A DNA stretch of 64,000 bases, from NCBI GenBank assembly GCA_026396175.1, contig JAPLXG010000008.1, positions 659-64,658 on the forward strand, read 5' to 3'. A model generated the notes under the pieces. The model saw only the letters and a list, made by a program, of their open reading frames with translations, had not been told where the DNA came from and did not search any database. Below are positions 1-7,544 of the stretch, in pieces (the first letter of the stretch is position 1; every line of letters starts with the position of its first letter). This DNA comes from Candidatus Moraniibacteriota bacterium. Its GTDB lineage: Bacteria; Patescibacteriota; Minisyncoccia; Moranbacterales; UBA2206. The position numbers and the translations under genes are program-made.

Positions 1-771
1 AGGACACATCTTGATGATAAAATTCTTGCGGGAGGAAAAAGTCTCAGGGACATCGGCATAGGTATAAATGAAAAGGGTGAATTTGATGCAAGCCTCCTCG
101 GAGTAAGTGGCTGGAATGTAAACCAAGCTATAGAAAAAATTCTTAAAGCTTGTGGAGATACAGATGAAGAAATCAATAAATTCGTTCTTGATGTCGATGA
201 AATCAGCGGAGCCAATAAGAGTATCGGCTATGGAGGAATCATTGTTGACAAAAATGGTAAGCTCGTTAAAGCTAAAAATAAATGGCAACAAGCCCGGGCG
301 GCCATTGCAAAGCTCTCTACCGCTGGCGACACACAAGCCATTGCCAAAGAAACCCATCGTAATTATATTACTGGTGAGGGAATTGATCCTAGCACAGGCT
401 TCACCATTATTAATGCTGAGTTTGCCGAAATGGTAAGAGCAGGAATACCCGGCATTATAAAATCTCAAGTAAACCGTCATGCCCCAACTTTTTATCAGCA
501 AGTGGATAGTGAAGACACCCTCAAAGGCATGAGGTTTGAGCTTGATAGGCTCCGAGATGATCCTACGTATTTAAACTATTGGGATGACAATGCTGATGAT
601 GGAAAGGGTGGCAAGGGCGTGCTTGTTAATAAACGCATTACACCAGAACAGCATGAGCAAACTGCTCAATGGATAAGCGCCCAAGAAATTTATACAAAAA
701 CAGGGAAAGCAACAGCTGGGAAGCAGGCAGATCTTGATGAAATGAATAAGGCACTGCGTTCCACACCATAA
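1..771 (+). CDS. hypothetical protein, C-terminal part; gene starts upstream of the window
   Basis: Frame 1 has no stop from position 1 to the TAA at 769-771. The track ORF 430..771 is only the last Met-initiated part of this frame. No recognisable motifs. Confidence 0.5.
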   Translation, partial: RTHLDDKILAGGKSLRDIGIGINEKGEFDASLLGVSGWNVNQAIEKILKACGDTDEEINKFVLDVDEISGANKSIGYGGIIVDKNGKLVKAKNKWQQARAAIAKLSTAGDTQAIAKETHRNYITGEGIDPSTGFTIINAEFAEMVRAGIPGIIKSQVNRHAPTFYQQVDSEDTLKGMRFELDRLRDDPTYLNYWDDNADDGKGGKGVLVNKRITPEQHEQTAQWISAQEIYTKTGKATAGKQADLDEMNKALRSTP

Positions 772-869
772 TCAATAATAGATACTCAAGAAACGACTGC
801 CAATACTCATTTATCCTAAATAAATTCGGATCACTTACTTTGATAGGTAAGCCCACCTGTTAAAAAACT

Positions 870-2228
870 ATGAGCGAAAGAATCGAAAATTTAATTGACG
901 ATGCGAAAGATGCAATCGCCGAATATGATCCTGGTGAATCAAAAATTGTCCTAGAAAAAATAAAGGGATCATCTTTTGGTTATTCCAATTTTCCTGCTGA
1001 CCTACTCATTCAGCTACAACTCATAGCTTTTCAAAACATAGCTGAAGATGAAGCAATCTCTATTTTAAAAAATAACTGCTTGGAATCATTCCGATATGAC
1101 ATTGATTTAAGAGGTGGCATAACCGCGAGATTGTTTATCGAGCCCTATACGGTTCGCGATGAGTTGCGTAAAAAACTCAAAAAAGCGCTGATAGAAAATC
1201 AGCAAAAAATAGGCACAATGACGATTGGCGAATGGATTTCTGATTTCGAAGCAATGTTTGATGTCAAAACTCGCGAATTAACTGCCTCGGCAGAATTTAT
1301 TTCCAAACACCCCAAGGCAGTTTTTCTCGCCCCAAGTGAAAAAATTAAACTAAAAGAACTGCTCTATACCTATGATTATTTATTGGTTTCCACATTACCA
1401 GCAACCGGACAATCTCTAGAAAATCTTCTAGCTTCAGCTTCCAGCGGAATAAATTCCCCCTCCAATCTTCATTCTAATATAGCGCAGAGGAATGAGACAG
1501 AAAGAATACAAGGAATGAGAACGGAAAGTCTCCCCATAAGCATTGCTATGGAAAAATATCCTGAACTCGGCGAACAACTAATCACCTCATCGCACATCAA
1601 ACTAAAAGTCTTTCCTGAGCCGGTGCGACCATCGATCAAAAATTGGCTTTCTGACTACACTTTCACGGTGGGTGTCAGTAATCATGATCCAATTGTGCGC
1701 GGAAACTATTTGTTCAAGAGCGAAAATGGTCGCCCGCTTTCCACTGCTGACCGCGACAAATTAACCGCGATTCTCAAATCTTTTGAAGAAAAAACTCCGC
1801 TCGCCGTGAACACGAGCACCAAGCAAGTTGTTTTCATCGCGCAAGAAAGAAAAGACCTTCCGCAAAGACCGGCGATGAATTCAGGCGTCGCGCGCAATAA
1901 TTTTGATCCGGCAGAAATCAGAAGGGGACAAGAAAACAATCGTGAGCCACAAAGAACTTCAGCGCCACAGCAAAGATTTCAAACCGATGAGGAAAGAATT
2001 GCTGCTTGGCGAAGAGATTTGCCGCAAAAAGAAACGCTGGAAAACGGAAACGCCGCCGGAAATATTCATTTCTCTTCACCCCAAACATTCTCCACCGAAA
2101 AACCGGCTGAAGTTTCTCGCCCAACTCAAAACAATTATTCGCCCCCGCAAATTGCCAAAATAAATTATTCCACACCCCCAAGACCTTTGCCAAGAAATGT
2201 GGTAGACTTGAGGGAGGAGGAGAGATAA
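870..2228 (+). CDS. hypothetical protein with P/Q/N/R-rich low-complexity C-terminus
   Basis: 452-aa ORF in a dense coding context. The C-terminal ~130 aa are proline-rich and look disordered. No catalytic motifs seen. Confidence 0.45.
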   Translation: MSERIENLIDDAKDAIAEYDPGESKIVLEKIKGSSFGYSNFPADLLIQLQLIAFQNIAEDEAISILKNNCLESFRYDIDLRGGITARLFIEPYTVRDELRKKLKKALIENQQKIGTMTIGEWISDFEAMFDVKTRELTASAEFISKHPKAVFLAPSEKIKLKELLYTYDYLLVSTLPATGQSLENLLASASSGINSPSNLHSNIAQRNETERIQGMRTESLPISIAMEKYPELGEQLITSSHIKLKVFPEPVRPSIKNWLSDYTFTVGVSNHDPIVRGNYLFKSENGRPLSTADRDKLTAILKSFEEKTPLAVNTSTKQVVFIAQERKDLPQRPAMNSGVARNNFDPAEIRRGQENNREPQRTSAPQQRFQTDEERIAAWRRDLPQKETLENGNAAGNIHFSSPQTFSTEKPAEVSRPTQNNYSPPQIAKINYSTPPRPLPRNVVDLREEER

Positions 2229-2282
2229 ATTTTCAATTTGAAATTAGAAATTTTAAATCAATATCAAATTCTAAATTAAGAA
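2229..2282. repeat. AT-rich 'aattttcaatttgaaatt' intergenic repeat block
   Basis: Built from (a)aatttgaaat/ttcaaattt units. The same family recurs at 2658-2729, 3938-4058, 5910-6056, 20058-20209, 42841-42934 and 43307-43384. Confidence 0.7.
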
Positions 2283-2657
2283 ATGATAAAAGATCCTGAA
2301 AAGTATGATTTGGAACCGAGAACCCTAAGGTTTAGTGGAGGGGTGCTTGTTTTCATTAAGAAATTAAGCAAAGACATCATAAACACTCCGCTGATGAGCC
2401 AGCTAGTTCGCTCTGCGACTAGCATAGGCGCAAACTACTGTGAAGCTAATGGAGCAAGCTCAAAAAAAGATTTTCACAATAAAATATACATTTGCAAAAA
2501 GGAGTGCAAAGAAACAAAATACTGGCTAGAGCTACTCGCACAAGCAAACCCGGAACACAAAGAAGAAGGTAGAAAGCTCTGGAAAGAGGCTCAAGAACTA
2601 ACCTTGATATTTTCAAAAATAGCCCTAACATTAGAAGAAGACAAAAAAACCAAATAA
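2283..2657 (+). CDS. four-helix-bundle protein (23S rRNA intervening-sequence protein family)
   Basis: 124 aa. The motif 'IGANYCEANGASSKKDFHNKIYICKKECKETKYWLEL' is typical of this family. It is ~70% identical to the paralog at 42935..43306. Both are flanked by AT-rich repeats. Confidence 0.6.
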   Translation: MIKDPEKYDLEPRTLRFSGGVLVFIKKLSKDIINTPLMSQLVRSATSIGANYCEANGASSKKDFHNKIYICKKECKETKYWLELLAQANPEHKEEGRKLWKEAQELTLIFSKIALTLEEDKKTK

Positions 2658-2729
2658 CCGCAATTTTATTTATTCAAAATTTAGAAATTATAATTTCATT
2701 TTAAATTTTAAATTGAAAATTTCAAATTA
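2658..2729. repeat. AT-rich 'aatttgaaat' repeat block, inverted relative to 2229-2282
   Basis: The reverse complement contains 'ttgaaattttcaatttaaaatttaaaatg', matching the block upstream of the same gene. The four-helix-bundle gene is therefore bracketed by inverted copies. Confidence 0.65.
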
Positions 2730-3137
2730 ATGATATTCAACGTCCCCCAATTTATTGATATCGAAGACAAGCTCGTTGGGCCGCTGACGGCCAAGCAACT
2801 GGGCTGGTTGGCTTTGGGCGCTGTTGTGCTTTTGATACTTTACGGCCTTTTGGATAAATCCGCTTTTCTGCTTTCTGCTATCATTGTCGCCACAATTTCC
2901 GGAGCATTTGCTTTCTATAAACCCTACAACCAACCCCTGATCAAATTCATCACCTCCTCAATTCTGTTTGTCACCCGTCCCAAGATGTATATCTGGCGCC
3001 GTGTGCCGGAAAAAATTCAAAAAGCCAGCGCCAAAAAAGATACTGACACCAAAAAAACGACCCGAAAAACATTTGATGCCCAAAAAATAGCAGATATTTC
3101 GCAATTATTAGACATGAGAAACAATCAGAACCACTGA
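2730..3137 (+). CDS. PrgI-like small membrane protein (VirB3-like T4SS component)
   Basis: 135 aa. The N-terminus 'MIFNVPQFIDIEDKLVGPLTAKQLGWLALGAVVLLILYGL' followed by a second TM segment is the usual topology of PrgI-family proteins. It sits immediately upstream of VirB4. Confidence 0.45.
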   Translation: MIFNVPQFIDIEDKLVGPLTAKQLGWLALGAVVLLILYGLLDKSAFLLSAIIVATISGAFAFYKPYNQPLIKFITSSILFVTRPKMYIWRRVPEKIQKASAKKDTDTKKTTRKTFDAQKIADISQLLDMRNNQNH

Positions 3138-3210
3138 TTATCACGTGATTACATGCGATTTCACTGAAATATCCTCCTCTTCCTCCGGGAGAGCCTGCCT
3201 GCCGGTAGGC

Positions 3211-3236
3211 AGGCTTCTCCCTAATGGAGAAGGGGA
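3211..3236 (+). promoter_or_regulatory. SD-sequestering hairpin (CTTCTCCCTAATGGAGAAGG) ending 15 nt before the ATG at 3251
   Basis: The palindrome TTCTCCC-taat-GGAGAAG contains the only purine-rich SD-like element (GGAGAAGGGG) ahead of the start. The same motif precedes the genes at 6873 and 12403. Confidence 0.4.
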
Positions 3237-3250
3237 TATAAATAAAATTT

Positions 3251-3937
3251 ATGGAAAAACTATATTCTCAAAAACTCGCCAAACAAGCTGCGGCGTCACC
3301 GACGCAACAATATTTGGATGTGGCGGAAGTCAAAGAAGATGTGATTGTGCTTAAAAACGGATCGATCCGCGCGGTTTTAGCTGTTTCAGCGATTAACTTT
3401 GAGCTGAAATCGACTGATGAGCAAGAAGCAATCATCAGCCAATACCAAAATTTCTTGAACTCGGTGGATTTTCCTTTGCAAGTGCTCATCAGTTCGCGAA
3501 AGCTAAACATCAACACCTATTTGGATTTTCTCACCACCAAAGAAAAGCAACAAAAAACCGAGTTGATGCGTTTGCAAATTTCCGAGTATAAAAATTTCAT
3601 CACGCAATTAGTTTCGATGTCGGATATTATGGATAAAACGTTTTACCTGATTGTGCCATTTTCGCCGATTGAAAATCAAGAGAAAAGTTTTTTCAGTAAT
3701 TTTTCCAATATGATTAACCCCCAAAAGGGTATTTTAGAAAAAAGAGAAGCCTTTGAAACCTACAAAAGCCAGCTCTACCAAAGAGTCGACCACCTCACCG
3801 CCGGACTTTCCGGCATCGGCGTGAAAATCATCCCCTTAAAAACCCAAGAATTGATTGAGCTCCTCTTTAATGCCTATAACCCGACCATTTATGATACGAA
3901 GGGCTATATTGATACGGAGAAGATGGAACTTAAATGA
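3251..3937 (+). CDS. VirB4/TrbE-family conjugal-transfer ATPase, N-terminal fragment of a split gene
   Basis: 228 aa. 'VIVLKNGSIRAVLAVSAINFELKSTDEQEAIISQYQNFLNSVDFPLQV' matches the conserved N-terminal region of Gram-positive-type VirB4 (Tn916 Orf16 / TcpF / PrgJ-like). The ORF ends where the VirB4 middle domain would start. Confidence 0.55.
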   Translation: MEKLYSQKLAKQAAASPTQQYLDVAEVKEDVIVLKNGSIRAVLAVSAINFELKSTDEQEAIISQYQNFLNSVDFPLQVLISSRKLNINTYLDFLTTKEKQQKTELMRLQISEYKNFITQLVSMSDIMDKTFYLIVPFSPIENQEKSFFSNFSNMINPQKGILEKREAFETYKSQLYQRVDHLTAGLSGIGVKIIPLKTQELIELLFNAYNPTIYDTKGYIDTEKMELK

Positions 3938-4058
3938 AAATTTTCAATTTGAAATTTAAAATTTGAAATGAATTTTAAATGCTCAAATTAAATAATTTTA
4001 AATTTAGTAATTCAGATTTCATTTCAAATTTCTAATTTCAAATTTCTAATTTAAGAAG
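3938..4058. repeat. AT-rich repeat block separating the two VirB4 ORFs
   Basis: Contains 'aattttcaatttgaaatttaaaatttgaaatgaattttaaatgct'. The same ~45 nt occur in direct orientation at 5917-5962, after the second VirB4 ORF. Confidence 0.7.
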
Positions 4059-5909
4059 ATGCTAAATCTATTCGCCAAAAAAGATCCCGCCGATGTTGCT
4101 TCGGCAAAAAAACCCGCTCCAACAAAGCCCCAGGATGAGGTTTTGGAGTCGGAAAAATATTATCAGGAAGGCCTCGCCAAGCTCAACGATATTATCGCGC
4201 CGGCGGCCATTCAGATTATGCCCAAATCGATCCGCATCGGAGAAACGATTGCGCAGACGATTTTTATCATTGCCTATCCGCGCTATCTGCACAGCAATTG
4301 GTTTTCGCCGATCATAAACATTGATATGCCGATCGACATTTCGATGTTTATCCATCCAGTGGATACCTATGACATCTTGAAAACCCTCAAAAAAAGTGCC
4401 ACGCAAGTGGAATCGCAAATTCAAATCGAACAAGAAAAAGGGCTCATCAGAAATCCCTCGCTGGAAACGGCTCAGCAAGATATTGATGAACTCAGAGATA
4501 AATTGCAACAAGGCACAGAAAAATTCTTCCGTTTCGCGCTCTACATCACAGCTTACGGCGACTCCGAACAATCCGTCACCAAAAGCATCAAAAGCATCGA
4601 AGCAATTTTGGAAGCGCAATTGGTCTATGTCAAACCGGCGGTTTTCAAATCTGAACAAGGCTTCAATTCATCACTACCGCTGGCCAATGATGAACTCGAC
4701 GTGGGAACCAATATGAACAGCTCGCCCCTTTCCACAACTTTTCCCTTTGTTTCTTCCACCCTTTCATCCAACACCGGCATTCTCTACGGCATTAATCGCC
4801 ACAACAACAGTCTGATTATTTTTGACCGCTTCCAGATGGAAAATGCCAATATGGTAGTTTTTGCCAAGTCCGGTGCCGGAAAAAGTTACACCGTCAAATT
4901 GGAAGTTTTGCGTTCAATGATGGTCGGCACTGATGTGATCATCATTGATCCGGAAAATGAATACCGCCATCTTTGCGATACCGTTGAAGGCACTTTCATC
5001 AAAATTTCACTTAATTCTACAAACCATCTCAACCCATTTGATTTGCCGCGCGTCGGAGAAGAAGATGATCCGGAAGATATTTTACGCAACAACATCGCCA
5101 ACCTTTTGGGACTTTTGCACATTATGCTCGGTTCCATCACACCAGAAGAAGATTCAGTTTTGGATCGCGCCATTCACGAAACCTATTCAATCAAAGACAT
5201 TACCGCTGAGGTGGATTTTAATTCGCTCGGCAAAGATTCTTTTCCGACAATGTCTGATCTCTACCAAGTTTTGCGCAGTTTGGACGGGGGAGAAGTGTTG
5301 GCCGTTCGCTTAGAAAAATATACGGAAGGAATTTTCGCCGGCTTTCTCAACCATTCCACTAACATTAAAGTTGATAACCAATTAGTTGTTTTCAATATTC
5401 GCGATATGGAAGAGGAATTGCGACCAGTGGCGATGTATATGATTCTGCAATTCATCTGGAACGAAATGCGCACTAATGTCAAAAAGCGCATCGTGCTCGT
5501 CGATGAAGCCTGGGTGATGATGAAATATGAAGACGCCGCTTCTTTCCTGTTTGGTGTCGCCAAACGTTGCCGCAAATACTTCACCGGCCTCACCACCATC
5601 ACGCAAGATGTCAATGACTTTCTTTCTTCCCGCTATGGCAAAGCGATTGTCACAAATTCTTCTTTGCAACTACTCTTAAAACAATCTCCTGCCGGCATTG
5701 ATGTCATTTCCGACACATTCTATCTCACTGATCAAGAAAAATTCTTACTCCTCGAAAGCAACGTCGGCGAAGGCATTTTCTTTGCCGGCACCAATCATGT
5801 CGCCATCAAGGTGGTCGCGTCCTATTCTGAAGACCAAATCATCACCACCGATCCGTCGCAACTGCTAGACATTGAAAGGGCGAAGAAAGAATTTGCCGAG
5901 GAAGAATAA
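4059..5909 (+). CDS. virB4: VirB4/TrbE-family T4SS ATPase (middle + ATPase domains)
   Basis: 616 aa. Walker A 'SGAGKSYTVK' and Walker B 'IVLVDEAWVMM' are present. The N-terminal portion 'IAPAAIQIMPKSIRIGETIAQTIFIIAYPRYL' continues the VirB4 architecture begun in 3251..3937. Confidence 0.8.
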   Translation: MLNLFAKKDPADVASAKKPAPTKPQDEVLESEKYYQEGLAKLNDIIAPAAIQIMPKSIRIGETIAQTIFIIAYPRYLHSNWFSPIINIDMPIDISMFIHPVDTYDILKTLKKSATQVESQIQIEQEKGLIRNPSLETAQQDIDELRDKLQQGTEKFFRFALYITAYGDSEQSVTKSIKSIEAILEAQLVYVKPAVFKSEQGFNSSLPLANDELDVGTNMNSSPLSTTFPFVSSTLSSNTGILYGINRHNNSLIIFDRFQMENANMVVFAKSGAGKSYTVKLEVLRSMMVGTDVIIIDPENEYRHLCDTVEGTFIKISLNSTNHLNPFDLPRVGEEDDPEDILRNNIANLLGLLHIMLGSITPEEDSVLDRAIHETYSIKDITAEVDFNSLGKDSFPTMSDLYQVLRSLDGGEVLAVRLEKYTEGIFAGFLNHSTNIKVDNQLVVFNIRDMEEELRPVAMYMILQFIWNEMRTNVKKRIVLVDEAWVMMKYEDAASFLFGVAKRCRKYFTGLTTITQDVNDFLSSRYGKAIVTNSSLQLLLKQSPAGIDVISDTFYLTDQEKFLLLESNVGEGIFFAGTNHVAIKVVASYSEDQIITTDPSQLLDIERAKKEFAEEE

Positions 5910-6056
5910 GTGACATAATTTTCAATTTAAAATTTGAAATTTAAAATGAATTTTAAATGCTATAATTTTTAAAATTTAAATTTTTCTAGTTTGGATTTGA
6001 ATTAAAATTTTTTGCTTCAAGCTTATCCTTTGAGGGCAAATTTAAAATTAAGAGTT
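5910..6056. repeat. AT-rich repeat block plus the conserved 'ttgcttcaagcttatcctttgagggcaaattta' motif
   Basis: Direct copy of the 3941-3985 repeat. The 3' motif recurs at 43338-43375 (ttgctccaatcttatcctttgaggacaaattta). Confidence 0.65.
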
Positions 6057-6623
6057 ATGTCTCAAGAAGAAGAAAATCAAAAACGCTTAGAAGCGCAGAG
6101 AGAGGCTGATGAGGAAAACAACAGGGCACGAGAAACAAGTCAGCAAAAAAAGAGTCTGCGAAAATTAGCCAGCGAAATCGCTAGAGAAGCGGGAGTGACG
6201 GATACCGAGCATCTCCGGAAGTTTATCAGGCTCATAGATATTTTTTTTGCTGTTGCTATAATGACTTCTTTGCTGAAGGACATCTTTGATTTTCTCGGCA
6301 ATGCCATTCCCTATCTATACCTCATCTGTGTCGTTTTTGCTTTTATGGCGTCAATTGTCACCTGGGCAGCTATGCTTATTTGCGGAGCTGGCCTGCGTCA
6401 GCACAAAAGAAGATCGCTGATGAAAAGCATTTTTACCCGCAATAAATTAGCCATTCTATTCGCTGGTACTATTCTTGAAATACTCCCTATCCTAAATTTT
6501 TTTCCCATAGAAACAGTTACCACATTCGCTATTTTCATTTTAATTTTGAAAGAAAGAAGAGAAAGCGCCGCGGAAGAGGAAAGAGAAACTGCTCAACTGG
6601 CTAATGTTTATGCGCAAATTTAA
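6057..6623 (+). CDS. hypothetical membrane protein with charged N-terminus and 3-4 TM helices
   Basis: The start was moved to the internal ATG at 6057 (MSQEEENQ...), directly after the repeat motif; the upstream part of the track ORF lies inside the repeat. Hydrophobic segments FFAVAIMTSLL, YLYLICVVFAFMASIVTWAAMLIC and LAILFAGTILEILPI. Confidence 0.45.
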   Translation: MSQEEENQKRLEAQREADEENNRARETSQQKKSLRKLASEIAREAGVTDTEHLRKFIRLIDIFFAVAIMTSLLKDIFDFLGNAIPYLYLICVVFAFMASIVTWAAMLICGAGLRQHKRRSLMKSIFTRNKLAILFAGTILEILPILNFFPIETVTTFAIFILILKERRESAAEEERETAQLANVYAQI

Positions 6624-6625
6624 TT

Positions 6626-6866
6626 CCTCCTCGCCCTTAGGGAGAGCCCGCCTGCCGGTAGGCAGGGATGTCCGGAGGACAGGTGAGGCTACGGAATAGT
6701 TTTTTCAATACCTCTTCTCCCTTAGGGAGAGGATGTCCGTAGGACAGGTGAGGGAAGGGGCGTAGAAAAAAAGAAAACAATATTTAAATAGTGCCGGTTG
6801 ATTATTGAAAGGCTCTTCCCTCATCCGCCCTCCGGGCACCTTCTCCCTAAGGGAGAAGGGGATATA
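6626..6866. repeat. composite GC-rich hairpin element, copy a
   Basis: Contains the CCTGCCGGTAGGCAGG palindrome, two 'CTCTTCTCCCttaGGGAGAGGATGTC(N)GACAGGTGAGG' units and the 'ccctcatccgccctccgggcaccttctccctaagggagaagggga' module. Homologous copies lie at 12228-12402 and 59086-59312. Confidence 0.7.
6841..6866 (+). promoter_or_regulatory. SD-sequestering hairpin (TTCTCCCTAAGGGAGAAGG) 11 nt upstream of the ATG at 6873
   Basis: Same palindrome as at 3211 and 12367. GGAGAAGGGG lies in the 3' arm of the stem. Confidence 0.4.
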
Positions 6867-6872
6867 AACAAA

Positions 6873-7544
6873 ATGTACCCGAAATTAACCCCAAAAAATA
6901 AACAAACCTTTTTCAAGACCAATCAGGAGTTGCTGGTCGGTTTTGGCGTCGCGCTTGTTTGCCTTTTTTCCAGCTTTATTTTCCCCGCGCAAAATACCGC
7001 GCAAATTATCACGAGAAATTTATTTTTTCTCGTTCTTCTTCCGGCGGCATACATAAAAATAATCCTCGGAAAAGACCTGGCTGATTTTGGTTGGAATTTG
7101 GAAAATAAAAAAGTGGCTTTGCCTTGGAGTATCGGCACGACACTTTTTACCCTACTCATTTTCTATTTGATGTTAAATTATACCGGACTCAAAACCGGCT
7201 ATGTTTTGGCGAGTTACCTGAAAAATAGCTTTTGGCTATTCCTTGCCTATGAACTGCTTGCAATCAATTTTGTCGTTTTTGTTTTCAGTTATTTTTTTCA
7301 AGGCTTCATTCTTTCCCTTTTTCAAAAGGAGTTTAGCCACTTCGCCATTGCCCTCCAAACCGTGCTATTTGTCCTGGCCATTTTTCTCGCCAAAGCACTC
7401 GCCTGGCAAACCGCGCCTTTCATTTTGCTTTCCGTCACAGCCGGCTTTCTCGCCTGGAAAACCAGATCATTTTTTTATTCGTATTTTATGAGTATTTTTG
7501 CTATAATAATTTTGGACGCTTATATTATTTATCTTACTAAATGA
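6873..7544 (+). CDS. polytopic membrane protein (possible T4SS channel component), function unknown
   Basis: The start was set at 6873 (MYPKLTPKNK) after the hairpin; the track ORF start at 6798 reads through the repeat. About 6-7 hydrophobic helices. No CPBP or other catalytic motifs recognised. Confidence 0.45.
   Translation: MYPKLTPKNKQTFFKTNQELLVGFGVALVCLFSSFIFPAQNTAQIITRNLFFLVLLPAAYIKIILGKDLADFGWNLENKKVALPWSIGTTLFTLLIFYLMLNYTGLKTGYVLASYLKNSFWLFLAYELLAINFVVFVFSYFFQGFILSLFQKEFSHFAIALQTVLFVLAIFLAKALAWQTAPFILLSVTAGFLAWKTRSFFYSYFMSIFAIIILDAYIIYLTK

Noticed and set aside
152-436. 94-aa ORF in frame 2 at the window start
   Set aside because: Frame 1 is open from nucleotide 1 through 771 and is the more plausible continuation of an upstream gene. 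The frame-2 ORF is an overlapping shadow.
4068-4658. 196-aa minus-strand ORF inside virB4
   Set aside because: It is fully antisense to a well-supported ATPase gene with intact motifs, and therefore spurious.
6798-6872. N-terminal extension 'MIIERLFPHPPSGHLLPKGEGDINK' of the 6798..7544 ORF
   Set aside because: This is a repeat read-through artefact. The same peptide is produced from repeat copies at 12340-12395 and 59262-59315 in the tracks.
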